DNA of 32,000 nucleotides from Archaeoglobus fulgidus DSM 4304. Lineage in GTDB: Archaea; Halobacteriota; Archaeoglobi; Archaeoglobales; Archaeoglobaceae. Below are positions 18,562 to 28,273 of the stretch, in pieces. The notes below the pieces were generated by a model. The model saw only the letters and a list, made by a program, of their open reading frames with translations, was not told where the DNA came from and ran no database searches. Both the position numbers and the translations under genes were made by a program. The stretch covers positions 990,001-1,022,000 of the forward strand of contig NC_000917.1 of NCBI RefSeq assembly GCF_000008665.1, written 5' to 3'. Each line of letters starts with the position of its first letter. The stretch's first letter is position 1.

Positions 18562-19932
18562 ATGCTTAGGGCTGTTGCTCTGGTTATGGCGCTGCTGTTG
18601 ATTCCTGCCGCTGGAGCGTTTGAGTATCTCGGCGAGGTTTACACGGCAAAAACGGATGACGGAGTAAAAATCAAGCTGCTGAGATACCACCCGCCGGGAG
18701 AAGGTGTAAACGACGGTGTACAGCCGGTTGTGCTGTTTTCGGGGCTGCTCTGCAACATGAACGAATACCTGACTCACACACCTCCGGAACTCAAAGACCT
18801 CTACAAAACTCAGCTTCCATCAGAGCTTGCGGACTGGGCCGTGGGGGATGAGAGAATCCAGCAGGACCCCATGCTTTACTACAGCCTTGCATACTACCTC
18901 TGGAAGCAGGGATACGACGTCTGGCTCGTGAACTACAGGGGGACGGGCGTTGGGGAGCTGAAAAGCGGTGTCGGCTCTGCAAGAACGAGCCTCGATACGT
19001 GGGCGATTTACGACACAAAGGCGGCGATTACGAAGGTTTACGAGGTGACGGGAAAGCATCCGGTGATAGGGGGGCACAGCACCGGTGGGCTTGTGAGCTA
19101 CGTTTACCTGCAGGGCGCTAAATTCAAATGGACTTTCGCCTGCCTTTTCAAAAAGCCGTGGTGCAAGAAGGTCGTTTCGGATGATGATTTGGTGAGGGAA
19201 AGGAACGGATTGACCGAGGGTGAGGAGACTGTTGTTGGAGTAATTGCCCTCGACCCGGCAATGATTCCACCACTGCCCAAGCTCACAGACCTGAAGCTGA
19301 TGTGGCTTCTCCTCGACACCCCGCTTTACATCGACATCAGGGGGATCATGAATCTAATTGCGAAGAACGACAGGCTGTGGTGCGCCACTACCCACACTAT
19401 AGATGAGGTCTTTGAGCTAATATTTGAGATGAACGAGGAGTACGGGCAGTACAGCGAACTCATAAGAGATTTAACCTTCACAAACCCCGGCAACATGAAT
19501 GACGAGCTGAACGATTTCCTTGTAAGATACGTCGCTGACAGCCTCTACACTCCCACACTGGCCCACTACAACGATTTCGGAACTCACAGGACTGCGAGGG
19601 AATACTTCGAGAACGGTGGCAGAAGCTACCTAATTGTTCCCCCAGAACCAAATCCCGGAAAGGATGGCTACTACTATTACATTCTGAACATGCAGAAAGT
19701 CAGAGTCCCGTTCATAACGCTGCTCTCAGAATACGATGCGCTTGTTGAGGCGGAACAGATAATCAGAGACCTGATGGAGGCCAAGACACCACACCAGTTC
19801 GACGAGTACTACATAATTGAGGGCACAGCCCATCTTGACTTGCCCTTCGGGCTGAAGGCGCCGAGCGAGGTTTTTCCGAAAGTTGGGGCGTGGCTGGAGA
19901 AGGTAAGGGTGTACCCGGTGACTCCCCACTGA
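18562..19932 (+). CDS. exported alpha/beta hydrolase, acid-lipase-like
   Basis: Signal peptide MLRAVALVMALLLIPAAGA; PVVLFSGLLCNMNEYL, YDVWLVNYRGTG, nucleophile elbow GGHSTGG, late EYDALV and GTAHLDL (Asp/His). Confidence 0.8.
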   Translation: MLRAVALVMALLLIPAAGAFEYLGEVYTAKTDDGVKIKLLRYHPPGEGVNDGVQPVVLFSGLLCNMNEYLTHTPPELKDLYKTQLPSELADWAVGDERIQQDPMLYYSLAYYLWKQGYDVWLVNYRGTGVGELKSGVGSARTSLDTWAIYDTKAAITKVYEVTGKHPVIGGHSTGGLVSYVYLQGAKFKWTFACLFKKPWCKKVVSDDDLVRERNGLTEGEETVVGVIALDPAMIPPLPKLTDLKLMWLLLDTPLYIDIRGIMNLIAKNDRLWCATTHTIDEVFELIFEMNEEYGQYSELIRDLTFTNPGNMNDELNDFLVRYVADSLYTPTLAHYNDFGTHRTAREYFENGGRSYLIVPPEPNPGKDGYYYYILNMQKVRVPFITLLSEYDALVEAEQIIRDLMEAKTPHQFDEYYIIEGTAHLDLPFGLKAPSEVFPKVGAWLEKVRVYPVTPH

Positions 19933-20040
19933 CTTTTTAACTTACCTTACGCCAAATGGGTTGTTTTTCCCTTAGGTAAAGACGACAACACGGAACAATT
20001 TTATAAGCAAAAGTCATTTGCTAACAATAAGGTGTATAAT

Positions 20041-20667
20041 ATGGGAGATAAAGGAGGTATCTTCAAGCTTTCGGCAGCTATGCTCGCAGTGATTGTCTTA
20101 AGCGCATGCGCTGGCGTGTTCACCACAGAAAAAGAGAAAACCGTTCTGGAGCCAACAGCAAGCGGAAAAGTCCTGAAGGACTTGGAGGACCTAAACTCAG
20201 GAGAAAAGATGTACCTCGCCGAGGAGGATTTTCTCAAAAAAGTCACTCCACTTGAGCTCTACGAAAGCCTTGCAGAGAAGATCGAAAATAGCAGCTTTAC
20301 CATAGTGCTCCACAAGGTAAGCAAGGAGGAGAAGGAGAAATTCATTCAGGCATGGCTAAAAGCTCTGTCGAAATCAGGCCATAAGGTTACCGTTCTGCCT
20401 GTATCGGAAGTTACCGAAGACAAAAAATCGCTTAAGCTTGATGAAAGGATTTTTAAAGCTGATTTGGTGGCTTTCTCGGCCAGACCTTTTGGAATTTTCG
20501 TCGTTGAGGATATTGGATTGCTTGATCCAACAAAGCCGGGTGGAAACCTGCCAATGATAGCACACCATGAGTTCAAAGCAGACTTTAACAAGTGGTTCTG
20601 GAGTGAGAGCGTTAACATCGATTTCACCGCAGCGCTCTACGACACAGGAGCTTTCCAAATTGGGTAA
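20041..20667 (+). CDS. uncharacterised lipoprotein-like exported protein
   Basis: Hydrophobic segment followed by lipobox-like LSACAG; AUG 20041 with TTTATAAGC about 40 nt upstream. Confidence 0.65.
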   Translation: MGDKGGIFKLSAAMLAVIVLSACAGVFTTEKEKTVLEPTASGKVLKDLEDLNSGEKMYLAEEDFLKKVTPLELYESLAEKIENSSFTIVLHKVSKEEKEKFIQAWLKALSKSGHKVTVLPVSEVTEDKKSLKLDERIFKADLVAFSARPFGIFVVEDIGLLDPTKPGGNLPMIAHHEFKADFNKWFWSESVNIDFTAALYDTGAFQIG

Positions 20668-20770
20668 GCTATTTCCCATTTTTTCTCAGCTTCCTAATTG
20701 TCATCATAATGTATTTACCATATCACATCTCATTTGGTAACATTTATATTCTCCCCTACCAAGCTCCAGC

Positions 20771-21655
20771 ATGGCACAGATTGAGGTTGAGAACCTCACC
20801 AAGGTCTTCAACGGTTTCAGGGCTCTTGACGGGATAAGCTTGGTAGTTGAGAGGGGCGAAATTTTCGGTTTTCTCGGTCCAAACGGGGCTGGAAAGACAA
20901 CAACCATCAACTGCTGCCTCGGACTGATTAAGCCAACTTCAGGCAGCGTAAGGATTGCCGGAATGGACGTTGAGGAGAAGCCGGTTGAGGTTAAGGAGAT
21001 TTGTGGCTACCTGCCAGAAAATTACGGTTTCTATCCCAACTTAACGGCAAGGCAGAACCTGCTTTACTTCTCGGAATTCTACGCCAATCCTAAGGATAAT
21101 GTTGACGAGCTTCTCGCCCTCGTAGGCCTTCAGGATTCCGCAGACAAAAAGGTTGGAGAGTTCAGCAGGGGAATGAAGCAGAGGCTGGCCTTAGCTCAGG
21201 CACTGATAAACGACCCTGAGGTGGTCTTTCTGGATGAGCCGACCAACGGCCTCGACCCGCAGGGGATTGCAGACTTCAGGAAAATTATAAGGGAGCTCAA
21301 CCAGAAGGGCAAGACCTTCTTCTTCTCCTCCCACATACTTTCAGAGGTCAGGGAGGTGTGCAGCGTTGTGGGAATCATAAACAGGGGAAGGATCGTGAAG
21401 GTTGGGAAGATTTCGGAGCTTTCAGGCAGCATGGAGGTTGTTGTTCAAACCGAGCCCAGAGCTGACGAATCTCTGCTGAGGGAGTTTGGAGAGGTTGAGT
21501 ATGATGAGAGCAGAGATGTATATGTCATTAAGGTTGAATCGGACTGCAGAGTGGAAATTTCGCGCACACTCTTCGAGCACGGTTTTGTTGTTAAAGAGCT
21601 CTCTCTGAGGGAGCCAAGCCTTGAAAAAATTTACCTCAGCATGGTGGGAGAATGA
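20771..21655 (+). CDS. ABC transporter ATP-binding protein
   Basis: FLGPNGAGKTTT Walker A, EFSRGMKQRLALAQAL signature, VVFLDEPTNGLDP Walker B. Confidence 0.95.
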   Translation: MAQIEVENLTKVFNGFRALDGISLVVERGEIFGFLGPNGAGKTTTINCCLGLIKPTSGSVRIAGMDVEEKPVEVKEICGYLPENYGFYPNLTARQNLLYFSEFYANPKDNVDELLALVGLQDSADKKVGEFSRGMKQRLALAQALINDPEVVFLDEPTNGLDPQGIADFRKIIRELNQKGKTFFFSSHILSEVREVCSVVGIINRGRIVKVGKISELSGSMEVVVQTEPRADESLLREFGEVEYDESRDVYVIKVESDCRVEISRTLFEHGFVVKELSLREPSLEKIYLSMVGE

Positions 21656-22545
21656 AGGCGCTGATTATAGCAAAAAAAGAGTTTGCGGATATCGTAACCA
21701 GCAAGAGGTTTTTAGCTCTGCTTGCAGCGATGCTGCTCACATACCTGCTCTTTGTGTCTCAAATGAGCCAGTTCTCGACAATCAGCATCAAAGCAGTTTT
21801 TGGTTTCCTTGGCTCTCAAACGATAGCCTTTGTCGGAGGGATTTTAGGGCTGGCAATAGGATTTGACATGATTTCGAGGGAGAAGGAGAGCGGAACTTTA
21901 AGAACGCTCCTCAGCCACCCGGTTTTCAGGGATGAAATAGTTTTGGGCAAAGCAATTGCTGCACTGGCGGCAATCTGCATTATAGTTCTCGTTACGGTAA
22001 TGTTCATCATCGGAGTTTCAGCCTTTTACGGCTACATACCAGCAGCAGACGATTTAGGCTTGATTGCGAAGTTCGCGCTGGCAACGATTGCATACCTCTT
22101 CACCATGTTCTCCATCGGATTGTTCTTCTCAGCAGTCTTCAAAAGCTCCACTACCTCATTAACAGTTTCCCTAACACTTTTCGTCATGCTGGCTATTTTT
22201 GTGCCGATAATGGCCTACTTCATCGCCGGCATCTTAGCAGGTCCTGCTCCCCAGCCGCCTGTTGACTTTGAAAAAGTTGATGAGAGCGTTATTGAATCTC
22301 CAGAATGGCAAAAGTATGAGGAGGAGAGAGAGGAGCACTTCAGAAGAATTCAGGAGATTACCCAGACAATTTTGCTGATTTCGCCCCAAAACAGCTACAC
22401 AACCCTCGTAAGCTCCTTCGCGGCAACTTCTGAATTCATGCCCTTCCAGCCAACGGACACAACCAAAAACGCTCTTTCTTTCGTCATACTGCCTCTCTTG
22501 CTGTTTACTCTAAGCTACGTCAGGTTCACGAGGGAGGAGCTATGA
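21652..22545 (+). CDS. ABC-2 type permease
   Basis: KKEFADIVTSKRF start, multiple hydrophobic segments, REKESGTLRTLLSHPVFRDEIVLGK motif; 4-nt overlap with ATPase gene. Confidence 0.88.
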   Translation: MKALIIAKKEFADIVTSKRFLALLAAMLLTYLLFVSQMSQFSTISIKAVFGFLGSQTIAFVGGILGLAIGFDMISREKESGTLRTLLSHPVFRDEIVLGKAIAALAAICIIVLVTVMFIIGVSAFYGYIPAADDLGLIAKFALATIAYLFTMFSIGLFFSAVFKSSTTSLTVSLTLFVMLAIFVPIMAYFIAGILAGPAPQPPVDFEKVDESVIESPEWQKYEEEREEHFRRIQEITQTILLISPQNSYTTLVSSFAATSEFMPFQPTDTTKNALSFVILPLLLFTLSYVRFTREEL

Positions 22546-24206
22546 AATTTTTCAGGTTTTTTCTCTTAGCTGCGATTGCGGCACTCCTTACTGGCTCGAT
22601 TGAGTGTGAACTCAAGGAGATAACTGCTGCCCCGGGAGAAGAGGTCTCCATCCCCCTCACCGTGAAAAATGACGAGGGGAATGAGAGCACCTTTCAGCTA
22701 AGCTACAGCTTCTGGTATGGAGAGGCTGAGGGCTACTTCTACTACAACGGACAGAGGGTTAATTCCTTAAGGCTGAACTCCAGCGAGTCGGCAGATTTAA
22801 CCTTCAAATTCTTGGCTCCGGAAAAGCCGGGGAGGTATTACCTTTATCTCCACGCAGACGGCAGTGCAGGCGTTACGGTGAACGTTGAGCTTCCAGAAAA
22901 GCCTCTGCGGATATCCCTCGACAACACGGGCATTGTTGCTGAAGGAGGGGATGTGGTTGAGGTTAACGCACTGCTGGAAAACACCCTCAACTCGCCGATA
23001 GAGGTTGATTTGAGCTGTGATGCCCCCAAAGGCTGGGAGTGCAGGTTTTACGACGGCGATGTGGAGGTCTACAGAACTGTGGTTGGAGAGGGCGGGAAGC
23101 AGCTGAGGGTTCAGGTTGATATAGATTCAACCGCTGATGTGGGAAAGTATGCGGTTACACTGCATATCGGCCCGCAAACCAAAGAATTTGAAGTTTTTGT
23201 GAAGGAGAGCCATGCGGGAGAGAAGGGGGAGGTGAGGCTCAGAGTTGTTGACAAGGATGGTGAGGGGGTTGCTTCAGCCAGAATCACAGCTGGAAACGAG
23301 ACCTTCTTTACCTCCGGTGATGGAGAGGCAATTTTCGAGGTTGAGCCCGGCACCTACGACCTGAAAATCGAAAAGGGTGGGTACTACGAGAAGACGATAA
23401 GGGACGTTAAGGTCAGGGGCGGGAGGACAAACGACCTCGGAACGGTTTTTCTTGAGAAAAAAGCTTACTATGCAGAGCTTTCGGTGAGCAGCTCAAGAAT
23501 CACCGTTTCCATAGGTGACGTGGCTTCCCTTAACGTCAGAATAGAAAACAGGGGTTACGGAGAGGACCAGTATGCCCTCAGCCTTGAAGGCCTGCCCCCT
23601 GATTTTACATACAACTTCAGGGAGGGTGAGCTTGCAGTCTCTGAGGTTTACTTGGAGGGTGGAGAAGAGAAGGACATCACCCTCGAAATCTACACACCGG
23701 CAACCGCAGAAGTGGGGGATTACAGCCTGAAAATCGTTGCCAAGGGCAAGTACACTGCCGAAAAAGACCTCAAGCTCAGCGTTGTTGGGAGAATGGCAGC
23801 CTACTTCAGCCTTGAGGGTGGGATGTACACTGTAAAAGCCTCTCCGGGAGAGGAGCTTGAGCTGAAGGGATACGTGGAGAACTCTGGGAGGGGTGTGACG
23901 CTGACCAACGTTAAGGTAAAGCTTGAACTTCCTCAGGGATGGAGCGGGGAGGTTAGCCCCGAAGTGATTCCCTCCGTAAAACCCGGAGAGAGGGGGGAAG
24001 TTAACCTTAGGATCAGGGTTCCCCCCGACGCCAAGCCGAGCGAGTACAGAATAACAGTTGAAACAACCTCTGACCAGATGACCATGAGTGACAGAATCAG
24101 CGTTGTGGTTGGAGAAAGCAGCGCTGCAACCTTCGTGGGGCTGGGGATCATTGCAGTAACCATTCTGGCTTTGATAATCCTCATCAAGAAGGTGGGGAGG
24201 AGGTAG
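22542..24206 (+). CDS. large membrane-anchored surface protein with NEW3/CARDB-like domains and a carboxypeptidase-regulatory-like domain
   Basis: N-terminal signal, LRVVDKDGEGVASARITAGNETFFTSGDGEAIFEVEPGTYDLKIEKGGY, repeated Ig-like blocks (ELPQGWSGEVSPEVIPSVKPGERGEVNLRIRVPPDAKPSEYRITV), C-terminal TM helix then KKVGRR. Confidence 0.82.
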   Translation: MKFFRFFLLAAIAALLTGSIECELKEITAAPGEEVSIPLTVKNDEGNESTFQLSYSFWYGEAEGYFYYNGQRVNSLRLNSSESADLTFKFLAPEKPGRYYLYLHADGSAGVTVNVELPEKPLRISLDNTGIVAEGGDVVEVNALLENTLNSPIEVDLSCDAPKGWECRFYDGDVEVYRTVVGEGGKQLRVQVDIDSTADVGKYAVTLHIGPQTKEFEVFVKESHAGEKGEVRLRVVDKDGEGVASARITAGNETFFTSGDGEAIFEVEPGTYDLKIEKGGYYEKTIRDVKVRGGRTNDLGTVFLEKKAYYAELSVSSSRITVSIGDVASLNVRIENRGYGEDQYALSLEGLPPDFTYNFREGELAVSEVYLEGGEEKDITLEIYTPATAEVGDYSLKIVAKGKYTAEKDLKLSVVGRMAAYFSLEGGMYTVKASPGEELELKGYVENSGRGVTLTNVKVKLELPQGWSGEVSPEVIPSVKPGERGEVNLRIRVPPDAKPSEYRITVETTSDQMTMSDRISVVVGESSAATFVGLGIIAVTILALIILIKKVGRR

Positions 24207-24208
24207 AG

Positions 24209-24952
24209 TTGATTGAGGTAAAAGGCGTCTCCAAAAGCTTTGGCAATAAGGCAGTGCTCAGCGAAGTGAGTTTTGTAGCTGAAAATGAGATTCTCGGCCT
24301 TCTCGGCCCAAACGGGAGCGGTAAATCAACGCTGATGAAGATAATCGCCGGAGTTATTCCCCCGGATGAAGGGGATGTCATTGTAAACGGCGTATCTGTA
24401 GCTGAGAACCCCCTTAAAGTTAAGGAGCTTGTTGGATTCGTCCCCGAAACTCCAGTGCTTTACGAGAGCCTTACTGCATCCGAACTCTTCAGCTTTGTCG
24501 GGGCAGTTAGAAAAATTGAGTCCTCTCTGCTGAAAGAGAGGGTTGAGAGGCTTGCTGAGGCCCTTGAGTTCACGGCGATGGACGAACTTTTTGCAAATCT
24601 AAGCCTTGGAAACAGGCAGAAGGTTTCCATAATCGCTGCTATGCTCCACAACCCCTCGGTGCTGATTCTCGACGAGGCTTTCAACGGCCTCGACGTTGCT
24701 TCAGCAAAGGTTTTCAGAGACCTGATTTTCCAGTTCAGAGAGGAGGGGAGAGAGGTGATTCTCTCAACCCACATCATGCCCATTGCCGAGAGAATCTGCG
24801 ACAGAATTCTCATAATTCAAAACGGCAGAATAATCGCTCAGGGCACTCCTGATGAGCTGAAAAAGGATGAGGATCTTGAAGATGTTTTTCTGAAGCTCAC
24901 GAAAATAGAGAGGGACATCAAACCTCTGCTGGAGGTGCTGTCTTCTGGCTGA
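24209..24952 (+). CDS. ABC transporter ATP-binding protein (second)
   Basis: LLGPNGSGKSTLMK Walker A, NLSLGNRQKVSIIAAM signature, VLILDEAFNGLD Walker B; TTG start 2 nt after upstream stop. Confidence 0.93.
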   Translation: MIEVKGVSKSFGNKAVLSEVSFVAENEILGLLGPNGSGKSTLMKIIAGVIPPDEGDVIVNGVSVAENPLKVKELVGFVPETPVLYESLTASELFSFVGAVRKIESSLLKERVERLAEALEFTAMDELFANLSLGNRQKVSIIAAMLHNPSVLILDEAFNGLDVASAKVFRDLIFQFREEGREVILSTHIMPIAERICDRILIIQNGRIIAQGTPDELKKDEDLEDVFLKLTKIERDIKPLLEVLSSG

Positions 24953-24974
24953 GCCCCTCAGCAGGATTCTGGAC

Positions 24975-26294
24975 GTGATTTACAGGGAGATGAACTACCA
25001 GAACATGAAAAGAAACCCCCAGATTTCGCATGAGAGAGTAGTTAAGTCAATGAGGAAGTTCTCGCTTAGAGTGCAGGTTGCAAAATCCTTTTTCATTATG
25101 ACTTTCCTTGGCTCCTTCCTCTGCTGGGTTGCCTTCATCAGCAGCGGCTTGGGCCTGAGCCTAATCTTCACCCTCTCGCTCGTTTTCTCCCAGATCTATC
25201 CAGCCCAAAACATCGCCATATCAGCCTCCTCAAGGGTTTTCGAGCCTCTAAGGTATCTGCCCGTGAGATTTTCCGAGAGAATGCTGGTTGTTTTCTTCAT
25301 CGATTCAATCAACATACTGGCCTTTGCGACGCCAACAATTGCCGTTTTGATGGTGAAGAACCTTTACTTCGGACTTTATTCCCTTCTCTGGATAATCGCA
25401 GCAATTTTGCTGGGATACTCAATGGTTTTCCTCTACTACGCCCTCTTCGGCGTAAAGGTCAGGAGCGGCTTTTCCAAGTCAGTCCTCGCCGGGATTTTGT
25501 TTTTTGCCGTGCTCGTATTTGCGTTAAGGCGGTTTCAGGAAATTCCAGACCTCACACCATACTTGACACCCCATCTTCTCCTTCTGTCTTATGCGGCCTC
25601 CTCAGCCACCATCAAGCTATCAACAGGGAGAGTGTGGAGAAGCATACTCAACCCCGAGATTGTGGAGGTGAAGGGGAGCTCTCGGCTCAGCTCAGGCTCT
25701 CCGCTCAGAGCCATGCTCATCAAGGATTTCAGGCTGATTTTAAGGAAAAACGCCCTCTTTCCCTTAATCGTTCCTCTGGTCATAGTAATGCCGAACGTTG
25801 TCAGCATCGCAAACATGCCCAACCTCTCAATTTTTATCATCACCACGATTTCTACACTTTCAACCATCGACCTGCGAATTATCGGCAACCTTGAGAACGT
25901 AGATTTTTTGAGAATGCTTCCCTTGAGCAAGAGGGGCTTTGTTATGTCCAAAGCCTGCCTGATTTTCGTCATTTCCTTCGCCGCTTCCCTTCCAGCAGGT
26001 AGCATAGCCTTCATTGTGAGCCAGAATCCCTTCTACCTCTTTATGGCCTTTGCAATTCCCGCAATTGTTTCAATGCTCTCCTCGCTAATAATCTTCTGGC
26101 AGAAGGGAGAAGAAATTTACTTCCCTGAAGTGGGGTTCCTAAAGTGGATTGGGCTGCTTCTTGTCAATTTTGGGGCTGTTTACGCAGTCCTATCGCCGAG
26201 GTTTATTTTGTCCCAGCCCGTAGCCGATATAATCTCGTCCGTTCTCACCCTTCTCGCTATGACAGCACTCTTTGAAAAATTGAGAAGAATTTAA
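24975..26294 (+). CDS. multi-spanning membrane protein, probable ABC permease partner
   Basis: Many hydrophobic segments; immediately follows ATPase gene; GTG start. Confidence 0.7.
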   Translation: MIYREMNYQNMKRNPQISHERVVKSMRKFSLRVQVAKSFFIMTFLGSFLCWVAFISSGLGLSLIFTLSLVFSQIYPAQNIAISASSRVFEPLRYLPVRFSERMLVVFFIDSINILAFATPTIAVLMVKNLYFGLYSLLWIIAAILLGYSMVFLYYALFGVKVRSGFSKSVLAGILFFAVLVFALRRFQEIPDLTPYLTPHLLLLSYAASSATIKLSTGRVWRSILNPEIVEVKGSSRLSSGSPLRAMLIKDFRLILRKNALFPLIVPLVIVMPNVVSIANMPNLSIFIITTISTLSTIDLRIIGNLENVDFLRMLPLSKRGFVMSKACLIFVISFAASLPAGSIAFIVSQNPFYLFMAFAIPAIVSMLSSLIIFWQKGEEIYFPEVGFLKWIGLLLVNFGAVYAVLSPRFILSQPVADIISSVLTLLAMTALFEKLRRI

Positions 26295-27454
26295 CGGAAT
26301 CCGAGAAGATTCCTTGCGATTATTAGCTTCTCTATCTCCTTCGCCCCCTCGTAGATTTCTGTGATTTTGGCATCCCTGTAGAACTGGTTTATCGCATACT
26401 CATCGATGTATCCGTAGCCTCCGTGGAACTGCAGAGCCCAGTTGGCTGTTTCAACTGCCACCTCTCCAGCATACCACTTCGCCATGGATGAGAGGGTGTT
26501 GTCAGGCTTGCCCTGCTCAACCTGCACAGCAGCGGCTCTGTAAACGAGGGTTCTTGCAGCCTCAATCTTTGTTGCCAGTTCGGCAATCTTGAACTGTATG
26601 TACTGGAAGGTTGCGAGGGGAACGTTGAAGGCCTTTCTCTGCTTCACGTAGTCAATTACGAGCTTCAAAGCCCCTTTGGCAATCCCCACAGCCTGCGCTC
26701 CAACCCACACTCTGCTCATGTCGAAGAACTCCATCATGTAGTAGAATCCCTTGCCCTCCTCTCCGACAAGGTTCTCTGCCGGAACTCTTACATTGCTGAA
26801 GCTGATTTCTGCTGTGTCAGTCGCCCTGATTCCCATCTTGCCCTTAATTTTGTTCGCCTTGTAACCCTCCCTGTTCGTCTCAACGATGAAGTAGCTTATT
26901 CCCCTGTGCTTAGCCTTGGGGTCCATCTCCCTCGTCCTTGCAGTGACGAGCAGAAAGTCCGCAATGGAGCCGTTGCTGATGAACTGCTTCGTCCCGTTAA
27001 TCACCCACTCATCTCCCTCCTTAACGGCCCTCGTTTTGATGTTTGCAGCATCGCTGCCCGCATCAGGCTCAGTGTTGGCCATGCCCATTATCACGTCTCC
27101 CCTTGCAAGCTTCGTCAGCCACTTCTCCTTCTGCTCCTCGCTGCCGTGCAGAACAAGAATTTCAAAGCCGAAGGTCGGTAGCAAACACGCAAGTCCGAGG
27201 CCGGGGTTGACGGCTGAGAACTCTTCCATCACAATCATCTTCTCTATCGGCCCATAACCGCCTCCACCGTACTCCTCAGGGATGTCGACAGCATGAAAGC
27301 CAAGCTTTGCACACTTCTTCCACAGCTCGTAGGGGAACTTCTCCTCCCTGTCGCACTCCCTCGCCAGCTCAGGCGTGAACTCCTTCTCCGCAAACTCTCT
27401 TGCAGCTCTCCTTATATCCTCCTGCTCCTCGGTAAAGGTAAAACCGATTGCCAT
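26291..27454 (-). CDS. acyl-CoA dehydrogenase
   Basis: FTEEQEDIRRAAREFAEKE, MGMANTEPDAGSDAANIKTRA, WVINGTKQFISNGSIADF, LQFHGGYGYIDEYAINQFYRDAKITEIYEGAKEIEKLIIAR. Confidence 0.96.
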   Translation of the reverse strand: MAIGFTFTEEQEDIRRAAREFAEKEFTPELARECDREEKFPYELWKKCAKLGFHAVDIPEEYGGGGYGPIEKMIVMEEFSAVNPGLGLACLLPTFGFEILVLHGSEEQKEKWLTKLARGDVIMGMANTEPDAGSDAANIKTRAVKEGDEWVINGTKQFISNGSIADFLLVTARTREMDPKAKHRGISYFIVETNREGYKANKIKGKMGIRATDTAEISFSNVRVPAENLVGEEGKGFYYMMEFFDMSRVWVGAQAVGIAKGALKLVIDYVKQRKAFNVPLATFQYIQFKIAELATKIEAARTLVYRAAAVQVEQGKPDNTLSSMAKWYAGEVAVETANWALQFHGGYGYIDEYAINQFYRDAKITEIYEGAKEIEKLIIARNLLGFR

Positions 27455-27489
27455 GCTTCAAGTAAAAAATGGGTCTATATTTCTTTTTC

Positions 27490-28215
27490 TCAAAACTGGA
27501 TTTTGGGGTAGATTTCGTATCTGGCCTTCATCAAGTCCGCAGGGGTGTCTATTTCAATCCACGGAAGCCCTTTTGTTGTTTCATAGTAAACAGCGATGCC
27601 GTCATCCATCATTGACTGAAAAGCCTCCTCATAGAACACTCTTCTCCCTTTCCTTTCCATAACTCTGGAAACGTGGTTGTAGAGGTCGTCGATGATGTTT
27701 TCCTCAACTCTTGCAATGCCTATGTATTCTCCATCAGCCTCTGAGGGGTTGAGCTGTTTGCTTATTCTTTTAACAACTCCATCCTCTATTTTGACCTTCA
27801 TCTCCTCCTCTCCAAGCTCCTTGAACGTGTCAACGGACAGTATCAGGTTCTCCTTCGTGGAGGAGTGCAGTTCCCGAAAGATGCCGGGATGGAAGAGAAC
27901 ATCGGAGTTCAGGATGTAAAATCCCTTGCTCACGTGGTCCATTGCCAGATAGAGGCTGTAAATGTTGTTGGTTTTCTTGTAAAGGCTGTTGTGGACAAAT
28001 TTGAAATTGAGGTCGAACTGCGAAAGATACTCCCTCAAAACGTATCCTTTGTGTCCGGTAACCACTACAACATCCCTGATACCGTTCTCCATCAGAGTCT
28101 GAACCGTGTAGTATATCAACGGTCTTTTCCCAATTTTCAGGAGAGCTTTCGGGATTTCGCGAGTGTGATGACCCAATCGTGAACCGAAACCTGCAGCGAG
28201 TATTACTGCCTCCAT
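27490..28215 (-). CDS. sugar/polyol-phosphate nucleotidyltransferase, possibly CTP:inositol-1-phosphate cytidylyltransferase-like
   Basis: MEAVILAAGFGSRLGHHTREIPKALLKIGKRPLI...YILNSDVLFHPGIF...WIEIDTPADLMKA. Confidence 0.82.
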   Translation of the reverse strand: MEAVILAAGFGSRLGHHTREIPKALLKIGKRPLIYYTVQTLMENGIRDVVVVTGHKGYVLREYLSQFDLNFKFVHNSLYKKTNNIYSLYLAMDHVSKGFYILNSDVLFHPGIFRELHSSTKENLILSVDTFKELGEEEMKVKIEDGVVKRISKQLNPSEADGEYIGIARVEENIIDDLYNHVSRVMERKGRRVFYEEAFQSMMDDGIAVYYETTKGLPWIEIDTPADLMKARYEIYPKIQF

Positions 28216-28273
28216 GAAAAATGTTAAAAGGAGAGTTATTTAAAATTACCCATAAGGAGGTGATTTAAATCAA

